Assembly (NCBI GenBank): GCA_040218735.1
Contig: JAVJQW010000070.1
Location: 64,001 to 128,000 of the forward strand
Origin: Deltaproteobacteria bacterium
Lineage (GTDB): Bacteria; Myxococcota; Kuafuiibacteriia; Kuafuiibacteriales; Kuafuiibacteriaceae
Reading direction: 5' to 3'
Length of the DNA: 64,000 nucleotides
Below the pieces are notes generated by a model. It did no database searches. It was not told where the DNA came from and was given only the letters and a program-made list of their open reading frames with translations. Positions 22,401 to 31,900 of the stretch are shown here, piece by piece (position 1 is the first letter of the stretch; every line of letters begins with the position of its first letter). The position numbers and the translations under genes are program-made.

Positions 22401-25400
22401 GCCGTACGAGACGGCGGTGTACGCCACCGGCGGTCCGCTGCCGATCACCTGGGCCATCCAGACCGGCAACCTCCCGCCGGGCCTCGAGCTCGACGCGGCG
22501 TCGGGGATCATCTCCGGCACGCCGACCGACGAGGGCAACTACGAGTTCGCGGTCCGGGCGCTCTCCGGCACGGCCTACGCGGAGCGGACCTTCCAGGTGC
22601 GCATCACGTCGCCGACGGTGCAGCTCGCCATCGCGACGCCGACGCTGCCCTCGGGCATCGCCGGTCGCCCCTATCGCGCGGACCTGATCGCGGTCGGCGG
22701 CACGGTGCCGTACACCTGGTCGGTCATCTCGCAGCTCCCGACGGGCCTCGAGCTCGCGCCGAACGGCACGCTCAGCGGCGAGCCGCGGACGCCGGGCAAC
22801 TTCGGCCTCACGGTCAGCGTGCGCGACGCGGTCGGCAACACCGCCACCCGCATGGTCGCGCTGAACATCACCAACGCGAACCAGACGATCCAGATCTCGC
22901 AGCTCCCGCTGCCGACCGCCGAGGTCGGTGAGGAGTACTGCGATCCGGAGCCCGTCCTGTTCGGGGCGGAGAACGGCGTGGGGCCGTACTCGTGGTCGAT
23001 CGTCGGCGACGCACCTCCCGGGATGCGCGTCGAATCGAACGGCGAGCTTTGTGGCGTGCCGACGCAGGTCGGTGAATTTGGTTTCGTGGTTCGCGCGCAG
23101 GATTCGACGGGTCTGTTCGACACGTCCCTGTTCGTGCTCGAGGTGACGGACGGCGACGACCTCGCCATCTCCACCTTCAACCTCGATCCAGGAGAGGTGG
23201 GTAAGATGTACACGCAAGACTTGACCGCCATCCGCGGGACGCAGCCCTACGCTTGGTCGGTGGTGACCGAGTGGGGCCCGATCGCGCCCGGCCTCGCGCT
23301 CAGCGAGGATGGCTTCCTCAGCGGCACGCCGACGTCGGACGGCACGTTTGCTTTCGTGGTCCGCGTCGTCGACGCCGCGGGTCGCCAGGACATCCAGACG
23401 CTCACGATCGTCATCGACCCCGCGCCGGTTCCGCCGGAGGACGACTCGGGTTGCTCGTGCGCGGCCACCGAGACGGAAGACACGTCGCCGTGGACGAACG
23501 CGATGATGCTGCTCGGCCTGGGCGGTCTCGTGGCGCTCCGTCGGAAGAAGAAGTCGATCGCGGCGCTGTTCGCGGCGGCGGTGACGATGGCGGCTCCGAG
23601 CTTCGCCGAGGCCCAGTGCCCCGCGCCGGAGTTCGCAGTGACCTCCGAGCCGCTGACCAACTACACGATGCTGCCGAGCCCGACGACGATCACCACGAAC
23701 TCCGACGACGGGGTCTTCGCGGTGACGTTGCCGTTCCCGTTCAGCTACTTCGGGACGAACCACACGTCGGTGCGCATCAGCGCCAACGGCGCCGTGCTGT
23801 TCCCGCCGCAGACGAGCATGACGTTCGTGAACGCCGCCCTCGGCGACGACTCGTACGACACCTCGATCTTCGCCTTCTGGGACGACCTCGACCTGAACTC
23901 CGGCACGGGTAACCTGATCGGCTACCAGGTGCAGGGGACGGCGCCGAACCGGACGATCACGTTCGAGTGGCGGAACATCAACCACCACTCGTACTCGGCG
24001 TGGACGGTGAACTTCCAGGTGCGCCTCTTCGAGGGGCCGCTCGGGAAGATCGAAGTCGACTACTCGACGCAGACCGGTAGCGGCTCGCCGACGGCGACGA
24101 TGGGGATCGAAAACGACAACGCGACGATCATCATCCCCTTCACCAACCCCGACTGCAGCCCGTCCTGCGGCAACGCGGACTGGCCGACGAACACGCGGCT
24201 GACCATTCAGCGTGGGCCCGAGGTCTACGCGGTCGGCGTCGATGCGCCCGGCGTGGCGTTCCTCGGCGCGCAGGCGCAGGTCCCGGTCACGGTGTGCACG
24301 CCGTACACCCAGCCGATCGGGTTGTTCACGGTCGACGTCATCGCGTCGATGACCCAGAACATGATGAACCCGGTGCTGATCGGTCAGGGCCAGACGTCCC
24401 TCGGCGCGAACGGTCAGGCGACGTTCAACGTGACCACGACCATCCCCACCATGTTCGGCGAGAACCCGATCTACATGGGGATGATCGCGGACTCGGGCAA
24501 CGTGATCGCGGAGATCGACGAGACGAACAACACGGCGGTCGCTCCGGCGCCGACGCGGTTGATCGTCGGCCTGCCGGACCTCGCGGTGCAGCGGGTTCGC
24601 ATCTCGAACCGCAACATCAACGCGGGCGACACGTTCGACGTCTACACCACGGTGCAGAACGTCGGCGGTGAGCCGGCCGCGAACGCCGACGTCGCGATCC
24701 TGCTGTCGACCAACCCGGTCATCAGCCGGCAGGACGTGCTGCTCGACCAGTACACGGTGTCGCTGGAGGCGGGTGAGTCCGTGACCACGACGACGAGCGT
24801 GACGATCGACGCGATGACGAACTCCGGCACGTACTACATCGGTGCGTACGCGGACTACAACTCGTCCGTCGAGGAGCTCGCGGAGTCGAACAACGGCCGC
24901 TCCGACATCGGCACGCTCACCGTCACGGGCGGCGCGCTCGCCGTCGCGACGACGCGGTTGCCCGGCGGGTACGTCGGCATCTCCTACAGCGCGTCGTTCG
25001 TCGCGGCGGGCGGGGACGATTCGGATCGCACCTGGGAGATCACGCAGGGCTCGCTCCCGGACGGCCTCGACATCGTCCCGAGCACCGGGGAGATCTATGG
25101 TCGCCCGACCACGCCCGAGACGCAGACGTTCACCGTGCAGGTGACGTCCGGCGGCGAGACCGCGACGCGGCAGCTGATGATGACGGTGGCGGATCCCAGC
25201 GAGCCGCTCACGATCGTGACACGCTCCCTCGCGGCGGGTGTCGTCGGACAGGAGTACAGCTTCCCGATCGTCGCGACCGGCGGCGGGACGGAGACGAGCT
25301 CGCTGACGTGGAGCAGCTCCGGCCTCCCGGACGGCTTCGAGGTCACGCCGATGGGCGTCCTCATCGGCACGCCGATGACGGCCGGCAGCAGCACCGTGAC

Positions 25401-26157
25401 GATCACGGTGAGCGACGGCACGGACACGACGTCGCGCGACATGACGCTGAGCATTCGCGACAACGCGAACCTGCTCATCGTTCCGCGGGTCCTCTCGACC
25501 GCGCGCTTCGGCGAGGCGTACTCGGAGCAGCTCGAGACGACGGGCGGCAACGCGCCGATCACGTTCCTCATGGGCGAGATCGGGCAGATTCCGCCGGGCC
25601 TCACGCTCGCGCCGGACGGCTCGATCACCGGTGAGCCGACGCTGGTCGGTCGCTATCGCTTCGAAGTCGTGGCGCGCGACTCGGGCATCGGCCCGGCCGC
25701 GGCGACGGACACGAACACGTTCGTCATCGACGTCGTGAACACCGACGGCTTCTCGATCATCACGAGCGAGCTGCCGGAGGGCATCGTCGGCCAGGGTTAC
25801 GAGGGAACCATCGAGGCCAGCGGCGGCCTGCCGCCGTACACGTGGACGATCCGCGAGGGTCGCCTCCCGGACGGCCTGCTCGCCGACACGAACAGCGAGG
25901 GCAAGTACCAAATCGCCGGTCAGCCGATGGAGTCGGGCCTGACGAGCCTCCTGGTCGAGGTTCGGGACAGCCAGGCGCGCACCGCGGTCCGTGCGTTGGC
26001 GCTCTCGGTCCTGGAGACGGCGCCCGTGGTCGTGGACCCGAAGATGGGCACCGACGATGGGTGCGGATGCACGGCGTCCGAGTCGCGCACCGGCTACGGC
26101 TGGGCGGTCCTCGGCCTGCTGGGCGTCGCGCTCCTCGCTCGGCGTCGCCGGTCCTGA
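19495..26157 (+). CDS. Giant surface protein with two complete modules, each with a NIDO-like head, CARDB-like repeats, putative Ig (He_PIG-like) repeats and a MYXO-CTERM; candidate polyprotein
   Basis: N-terminal signal (ANA|E); module 1 has 6 CARDB-like (E..E.NN) and 4 Ig repeats; internal GCSC...LLGLGGLVALRRKKK followed by a signal ending AEA|Q; module 2 has 2 CARDB-like and 4 Ig repeats; terminal GCGC...VLGLLGVALLARRRRS. Confidence 0.9.
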   Translation: MYSTHASTTETKGVGLARLLTTSAAFAAALTWAPQANAEIAVISTAPVVYTPLANPTVLTTSDDDSVFQVTSPFPIRFYEQQTTTLGVSTNGTMTMDGSAISYTNIAMGTTSTPNNVLAPWWDDLRLNAANNGRIAHATLGTAPNRTFVVEWHLVSEWGNDPSTFSMQVHFHEGDAMNFDIHYGPTGNSPAFSATAGMENSQGMIPFIFPASQCTTLCSATDFAALSGNMVTVQSGPAPSLLVSLGNAPANLPTGGTAMGDLTLTNLGTNDAVGTLTSVYLSSDTTLDAMDTLVGTATTTIPYGNTTTPVTLTIPANATLGNNYLIAVVDSNDQFSEDFENDNTATTVVSVGSDVAAAALRVTNGAAGINGGAPIDFEVDIAQAGFPYAGGVDITFYASVDTLFDAMDTPIDTASFNLTGDPTETLNHTATFPVLPPGQYYAIAHIDPMDVLPETNNNNNFGTTTFSFNSGPDFTVDTVTIPRGLLPGDTGTIATKVDNVAVPFTGPVPYTLYLSEDGVIDMMDTVIGNYVINFAGQSNIVDNQSFMVPASPLGYYNVIAEVDPAAAIVEASEMNNVQVSSNPVANAVDFAAALATSSPSTVEVGDPVNVTAEISSDGVSFVGNVPFQVHLSPDPIFDPGDPAVYRGFVFFPGGNGSGQIDVTFPLQALPGQPALIAGGFTVFVVVDPDNTTMEADEMNNAGPANSITIEGADLVVNSISGAATAFIGLPYEVTMNVSNVGVADARAFRYAFYMSDNDIIRVTDRRVFVSSTATIASGDSEQFTDSFTIPTFTSTRTQYLGVIVDIFSVVPETSETNNARRIVNPITVVFPIPDLRAEIVGTATAAAAGEDLSITRILENVGVAPSGAFEYSYYLSTNAQIATDDILLGTFNSASLAEGNDDYGVDTVTIPPSVMESNYYVGMIVDPNDQVDEVDDTIEGNTALGPQIPVYRSTLQFQTDALPAGTIGVPYETAVYATGGPLPITWAIQTGNLPPGLELDAASGIISGTPTDEGNYEFAVRALSGTAYAERTFQVRITSPTVQLAIATPTLPSGIAGRPYRADLIAVGGTVPYTWSVISQLPTGLELAPNGTLSGEPRTPGNFGLTVSVRDAVGNTATRMVALNITNANQTIQISQLPLPTAEVGEEYCDPEPVLFGAENGVGPYSWSIVGDAPPGMRVESNGELCGVPTQVGEFGFVVRAQDSTGLFDTSLFVLEVTDGDDLAISTFNLDPGEVGKMYTQDLTAIRGTQPYAWSVVTEWGPIAPGLALSEDGFLSGTPTSDGTFAFVVRVVDAAGRQDIQTLTIVIDPAPVPPEDDSGCSCAATETEDTSPWTNAMMLLGLGGLVALRRKKKSIAALFAAAVTMAAPSFAEAQCPAPEFAVTSEPLTNYTMLPSPTTITTNSDDGVFAVTLPFPFSYFGTNHTSVRISANGAVLFPPQTSMTFVNAALGDDSYDTSIFAFWDDLDLNSGTGNLIGYQVQGTAPNRTITFEWRNINHHSYSAWTVNFQVRLFEGPLGKIEVDYSTQTGSGSPTATMGIENDNATIIIPFTNPDCSPSCGNADWPTNTRLTIQRGPEVYAVGVDAPGVAFLGAQAQVPVTVCTPYTQPIGLFTVDVIASMTQNMMNPVLIGQGQTSLGANGQATFNVTTTIPTMFGENPIYMGMIADSGNVIAEIDETNNTAVAPAPTRLIVGLPDLAVQRVRISNRNINAGDTFDVYTTVQNVGGEPAANADVAILLSTNPVISRQDVLLDQYTVSLEAGESVTTTTSVTIDAMTNSGTYYIGAYADYNSSVEELAESNNGRSDIGTLTVTGGALAVATTRLPGGYVGISYSASFVAAGGDDSDRTWEITQGSLPDGLDIVPSTGEIYGRPTTPETQTFTVQVTSGGETATRQLMMTVADPSEPLTIVTRSLAAGVVGQEYSFPIVATGGGTETSSLTWSSSGLPDGFEVTPMGVLIGTPMTAGSSTVTITVSDGTDTTSRDMTLSIRDNANLLIVPRVLSTARFGEAYSEQLETTGGNAPITFLMGEIGQIPPGLTLAPDGSITGEPTLVGRYRFEVVARDSGIGPAAATDTNTFVIDVVNTDGFSIITSELPEGIVGQGYEGTIEASGGLPPYTWTIREGRLPDGLLADTNSEGKYQIAGQPMESGLTSLLVEVRDSQARTAVRALALSVLETAPVVVDPKMGTDDGCGCTASESRTGYGWAVLGLLGVALLARRRRS

Positions 26158-26174
26158 CGTCCCCGCGGGCTCGG

Positions 26175-26198
26175 GTGGTCCGGCTTCGGCCGGGCCAC
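26175..26198 (+). terminator. Stable hairpin after the giant ORF (terminator or mRNA stabiliser)
   Basis: GTGGTCCGGC-TTCG-GCCGGGCCAC, a 10-bp stem with a cUUCGg loop; no immediate U-tract. Confidence 0.5.
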
Positions 26199-26283
26199 AC
26201 GCCGCCCCACCCCGCCTTTTAGGCGCGCTCCGCGCGAATTCTCGTTCCCGACCCCGATCCTTCCTGCTAGCCTGCCGCGGTCC

Positions 26284-28896
26284 ATGACACGCCGCGCACT
26301 ACGCACGCTCGCACTCTCGGTCTCGGTTCTTGGCGGTCTCACGCTCGCGCGCCCCGCGTTCGCGCAGCTCGTCCCCGGGACGCCCTACCAACTATCCCGC
26401 ACGCCGATCACGTATCAGCCGCTGTCGAGCCCGACGGTGATCTGGACCGACGTCGACGACAGCGGCGCCACGGTCACGCTGCCGTTCCCGGTGACGTACT
26501 ACAACACGACGCTCACGAGCCTGGCCGTCGACTCGAACGGCGCGATCGGCTTCCCGGGCGGGACCTCCGTCACGCGCTTCAACCGCGCGCCCGGAACGCC
26601 CGGGACCCCCGCCGGGGTGATCGGCGTCTTCTGGACGGACCTCGAGCTGAACCCCGCGACGGGGAACTACGTCGGCTGGCAGGTCGAGGGGACCGCGCCG
26701 AACCGCACGATCACGATCGAGTATCGCAACATCAGCTTCTACTTCGATGCGGCGAGCAACATGAGCATGCAGGTGCGCTTCTACGAGGGCGCGTCGGGCC
26801 GCATCGACATCGACTACGGCACGCTCGTCGGCACGCGCTCGAACGTCGTGATGGGCATGGACAACCCGATGAACATGCAGCCGATCCTGTTCCCGGTCAG
26901 CCAGTGCACCAACAACTGCACGAACACGGACTGGCCGACGAACACGCGCATCAGCGTCACGCAGGACCCGGGCGTGGAGCTCGTCGCCGCCTCGGTCGAG
27001 GCGCCGGAGTTCGGCTTCCTCGGCGCGCAGACGCAGGTGCCGGTGACGGTGCAGAGCCTCCACGGGAACGCGATTGGCCCGTTCACGGTCGAGGTCGTCG
27101 CCTCGCAGACGCAGAACCTCGCCAACCCGATCTCGATTGGGACCGCGACGATGAACCTCGGTCCGTTCGAGCGCGAGACGCTCAACGTCACGACGGTCCC
27201 TCCGCAGTCGCTCGGCGTGGGCGCGGTGTACCTGGGCCTCAACGTGGACTCGAACGACGACATCACGGAGGTCGACGAGACGAACAACACGATCGCTTCG
27301 CTGACGCCCATCCGCCTCATTCAGGGTGCGGCGGACCTCGCGGTGCAGCGCGTGCGGACGTCGCAGTCGATGATCGCCTCCGGCGACACGATCGACGTGA
27401 CGACGACGGTCCAGAACGTCGGCGGTGAGCCGGCGCCGGCGACGGACGTCGCGATCATGCTGTCGACCAACCCGGTCATCAGCGCGCAAGACGTCTTGCT
27501 CGACACCTACTCGGTGACGCTCTCGGACGGCGAGATCGACATGACGACGCGCCCGGTGACGATCCCGGCGCAGACGAACTCCGGCACGTACTACATCGGC
27601 GCGCTCGCGGATCCGATGCGCACGCTGACGGAGCTGTCGGAGTCGAACAACGGCCTCGCGGACGACAACGTGCTCGTCGTCGCGGGTGGCGCGCTCGCGA
27701 TCACCACGTCGCGCCTCCCGGCCGCGGCGATCCAGATCCCGTACAACGTGCTGATGCAGGCCGTGGGCGGCGACGCCAACGACCGCACCTGGTCGATCTC
27801 GGCGGGGAGCCTTCCGAACGGCCTCGATATCAGCATGAACACCGGGGAGATCTTCGGCCGGCCCACGATGGCGCAGATGAGCCAGTTCACCGTCCAGCTC
27901 GTTTCGGGCGGCGAGACGGCGACGCGCCAGCTGACGCTCACGGTGAACGACCCGACCGAGCCGCTCACGATCGTTACGCGCACCATCGCGGACGCCGTCG
28001 TCGGGCAGGAGTACACGTTCCCGCTCGTCGCTACGGGCGGCGCAGGGACCAGCTCCGTCGCATGGACCGCGACCGGCCTCCCGGACGGGTTCGCGATCGC
28101 GAGCAACGGAGTCATCGCGGGGACGCCGATGATGGCAGGTTCGAGCACGATCACCGTGATGGCGTCGAAGGGTGCCGAGACCGCGTCGCGCAACCTGAAC
28201 CTCCGTGTCCGGAACAACGCCGGCCTCCTCATCGTGCCGGAGGTGCTCCCGACGGCGCAGTTCGAGGTCGCCTACTCCGCGCAGCTGTCCTCGACGGGCG
28301 GGGTGCAGCCCATCCTCTGGACGGTCGACCAGGGCCAGCTCCCGGCGGGGCTCGCGCTGACGACGGACGGCGAGATCTCCGGCACCCCGCTGCAGGCGGG
28401 CCGCTTCTCCTTCGTGGTGGCGGCGCGTGACTCCACGCCGGGCAACCCGGCGACGGACGCGAACACGTTCGAGATCACCGTCGATGACGATGGCGGCCTC
28501 ACGATCCCGACGGCGATGCTCCCCGAGGGCGTCATCAACACCGGCTACGACGCTTCGATCGAAGCGATGGGCGGCACGCCGCCGTACAGCTGGCGCGTCG
28601 TCGAGGGCCGCATCCCGACGGACTTCGTCGCGACGCCCAACGCGGAGGCGACGGCGTTCCAGATCCGCGGTCAGACGACCGAGGCGGGCACGAGCAACTT
28701 CATCGTCGAGGTGATGGACAGCGCGAACCGCACCGCCGTGAAGGCGTTCTCGATTCGCATCCTGGAGACCGCGCCGGTCGTCGAGATGCCTCCGGTGGAC
28801 GAGGGCTGCAGCTGCACCGAGACCGAGGGTCGCGGCAGCGCGAGCGCCCTGCTCCTCCTCGTCGGCCTCTTCGTGGTCGCCCGTCGGCGTCGCTGA
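26284..28896 (+). CDS. MYXO-CTERM surface protein (NIDO-like head, 2 CARDB-like, 4 putative Ig), paralog of module 2 of the upstream ORF
   Basis: Signal ending AFA|Q; collinear with aa 1374-2220 of the upstream ORF; ends EGCSC...LLLLVGLFVVARRRR. Confidence 0.92.
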   Translation: MTRRALRTLALSVSVLGGLTLARPAFAQLVPGTPYQLSRTPITYQPLSSPTVIWTDVDDSGATVTLPFPVTYYNTTLTSLAVDSNGAIGFPGGTSVTRFNRAPGTPGTPAGVIGVFWTDLELNPATGNYVGWQVEGTAPNRTITIEYRNISFYFDAASNMSMQVRFYEGASGRIDIDYGTLVGTRSNVVMGMDNPMNMQPILFPVSQCTNNCTNTDWPTNTRISVTQDPGVELVAASVEAPEFGFLGAQTQVPVTVQSLHGNAIGPFTVEVVASQTQNLANPISIGTATMNLGPFERETLNVTTVPPQSLGVGAVYLGLNVDSNDDITEVDETNNTIASLTPIRLIQGAADLAVQRVRTSQSMIASGDTIDVTTTVQNVGGEPAPATDVAIMLSTNPVISAQDVLLDTYSVTLSDGEIDMTTRPVTIPAQTNSGTYYIGALADPMRTLTELSESNNGLADDNVLVVAGGALAITTSRLPAAAIQIPYNVLMQAVGGDANDRTWSISAGSLPNGLDISMNTGEIFGRPTMAQMSQFTVQLVSGGETATRQLTLTVNDPTEPLTIVTRTIADAVVGQEYTFPLVATGGAGTSSVAWTATGLPDGFAIASNGVIAGTPMMAGSSTITVMASKGAETASRNLNLRVRNNAGLLIVPEVLPTAQFEVAYSAQLSSTGGVQPILWTVDQGQLPAGLALTTDGEISGTPLQAGRFSFVVAARDSTPGNPATDANTFEITVDDDGGLTIPTAMLPEGVINTGYDASIEAMGGTPPYSWRVVEGRIPTDFVATPNAEATAFQIRGQTTEAGTSNFIVEVMDSANRTAVKAFSIRILETAPVVEMPPVDEGCSCTETEGRGSASALLLLVGLFVVARRRR

Positions 28897-28932
28897 CCCC
28901 GAGCCGCCGGCGGCGCCCGCCGCCGGCCCCCC

Positions 28933-31900
28933 TCACCGCGTCGAGAAGACGTCGCTCGCTTCGAGCTCGTGACGAACGAGCTTTTTCAAACGCACGTTCT
29001 GTGAGGCCTGCACCAGGTCCTCGGCGCGCTCCAGCGAGATCTTCGCGCGGTTTTCGTCGCCCTGCGCGCGGTAGACCCGGCCCGACTGGACGAGGCCCTC
29101 GATCTGGAGCGTCTCGTTCTCCAGCGCTTCCGCGATCTCCAGGCCCGCCTCGATGTGTTCGATCGCTTCGGTGAAGCTGTCGTAGTTCTTCTCGATGGCG
29201 ACGGCGCCCAAGTAGATCTGCGCCCAGCCCTCGTAGAGCGAGAAGCCGATCTCGCGAGAGATCGCGAGGCAGCGCATGAGCTCCGCCGCGGCGCGCTCCG
29301 GTCGATCCGAGCGGGCGTGGTGAATCCCGAGCTCACCGTGCCAGGTGGCCTGACCCTGACGGCTCCCGGTCTCCTTCGCAATCGACAGGGCCTGCTGCAG
29401 CTTCTCCGTCGCGCCCTCGTCGTCGCCGAGGTTCGACATGAGGCTCCCGAGGGCACCCGACCAGCGCTCGAGATCTCGGCGGACCCCCCGAGCCTCCGCA
29501 AGCTCGATCGCCTCGGAGAAACACGCGAGCGCCTCGGACTCGTTGCCGCGCGCGGCGTGCACCTCGCCGATGTGGCCGAGCAGATCCGACAACGCGCGGG
29601 TGTCGCCGCGTCGCCGCGCGGTGGACAGACCGCCCTCGAGCTTCTCGAGCGCGCCCACGAAGTCCCCCTGGAAGAGCAAGACGACCCCGACGCGCCCGTC
29701 GAGCTCGTCCGCGAGCTCGTCGAGGCCGGCGTCCTGGGCGATCTGGTGCGCGGACTCCAGCACCGCCCTCGCCTGCCCGTACTCCGCCCGCGACATCCGC
29801 GTGGCGCCCTCCAGCGCGAGGAAGCGCGCGCCGAGGGAACGCGTCGGCGCGGGGCGCGGGACGGAGAGGAGCGTTGCGAGGGTCTCGTCGAGGCGCCCCA
29901 AGGCAAACTGGCTCGCGGCGCGGCGCAGGACGAGCTCGGCGCTCATGACCTCGGGCGCGCGGGCGTTGAGCGCCGCCTGCGGGTCGGCGCGTTCGAGCGC
30001 TTCCTTCGGACGGCCGAAGTCCAAGAGCAGATCGATCTGGAGCAGGAGCAGCCGGAGGCGTCGGGTCCCGCTCGCCGGCGTGCGCGGCGCGTCGTCGATC
30101 ACCGCGGTGGCGTCCTGGATGCGTCGCATCGCGGCGTCGATGTCCCCGCGCGTCGACGCCGCACGCGCCATCATCTCGAGGTACCGCACCGCGCGTAGCG
30201 GGCTCCCGCCGGCTCGGAAGTGCCGCGCAAGGACGTGCGCGAGCTCCGCCCGGCGCGTCGAGAAGCGGCGCTCCAACCGGTGCGCGATGCGCAGGTGCAG
30301 GTGCGCGCGCGGCTCGGCCGGCAACGCGCGGGTGACGGCCTCCCTGAACCCCTCGTGATAGAACCGGTAGCGCACACCGTCGTGGGAGACGTCCTCCATC
30401 AGGAGGTTCGCCCGCACCAGCTCGTCCATCGCGTCGAGGAACGCGTCCTCCTCGAGCTCGGCCACCGCGGACACGAGGTCCGCCGGCAACAGGCGCCCCA
30501 GAAGCGCGAGGCGTTCGAGGAGCTCCCGCGACCGCGGCTGTAGGCGCTCGAGCTTCGCCAACGCGGCGTCGTCCCCGCGGGTCGGTCGCGGCCGCCGCGC
30601 GCGGGTCGGCGGTCGTTCGGACACGGCGACCGGCACCGCGTCACGCGGCGTGACGTCGTCGACCGCCGGTGTGCCGTGCGCGGGTGTGACGTCCTCGACC
30701 TCCTCGGACTCGAGCGCTTCGTCCTTGTAGAACCACGTGCCTCGACGACGCTCGAGGACGCGCTCGCTGACCCAGGACTCCATGACCTCCTGCACCATCA
30801 ACGGGCGGCCGTGAGTCACGCGCACGAGCTCGTCCACGAACTTGCGCAGCGGGCGGTGCACGCCGGTCATCGTGCGCACCATGTCGAGGACGCCGGTCGC
30901 GGGGATCGGGCGCATCGTGAGGCGGTGCAGCCCGCTCCGTTCGTCGAGGCGACGTACGAGCTGCTCCGACTGGTCGGGCCCCTCCGCCAGCGAGCGGCGC
31001 GTCAGGATGATCGCGACCGGGCACACCGTCTCGTCCGACTTCCCGCGCGGCCGAGGCGCGAGCAGCGTCCGTGCGGCGTCCCACAGCAGCTCGAGCGTCG
31101 ATGAGTCGGCCCAGTGCAGATCTTCGATCGCGAGGATCGTCGGCCGCGTGAGCGCGAGCCGGCCCATCACCCCGACGATCGCCTTGTGCAGGCGGACCTT
31201 TCGCTCGGAGGCGTCGAGGTGCTCCGTCGTCGCGGGCCCGCCGAGGCGCGCGAGGCGCGGCGACACCGCATGCACCAACGCCGCGTCGCGCCCCACGATC
31301 TTGCGCACCACGTCGTTGGGCGCCTTCGACGCGATCGACTCGATCTCGTCGAGCACCGTCTCGATCGGCGCGTAGGCCTGCGACGGCTCGGGCTGGCACG
31401 GCCCGATGACCATGTTCATCTTGCGCCGAACGCGGCCCTTCAGCTCCTGCAGCAGGCGGCTCTTGCCGATCCCGCTGGGGCCCTCGATCAACATCAGCTG
31501 GCCGCGGCCCGCGGCGGTGGACTCTGCGAGCTCGATGAGCGCGTCCAGCTCGTCACCGCGCGCGACGAAGCGCGGCGCGAACAGCTGCCCCGGGAGCGAC
31601 GACTCGACCTGCGAGCTCGTTTGTTCGTCGTCGGTCAGATACGAGAACGCCTCCTCGGCGGTCTGCAGGCGATCGAGCGGGTCCTTTTCGAGGAGCTTCT
31701 GCGTCAGCGCCGCGAGCGTCGGGTCGGCCTTGTCGTTGACCTCGAGGACGTGGGTCGGCTTCGTGTTGACGTGGTGGTGCAGCGCCGCCGCCGGAGGCTC
31801 GACGGGGAACGGGTAGTCGCCCGCGAGCACCTCGTACATCAGCACGCCGACGGCGTAGAGATCCGAACGACCGTCGATCTCCCCGCTCGTGACCTGCTCG

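Noticed and set aside
19309-25911. 2200-aa minus-strand ORF (likewise 51531-54893, 56477-59617 and 59699-62086)
   Set aside because: Arg/Val/Asp-rich antisense shadows of real genes, with no domain motifs
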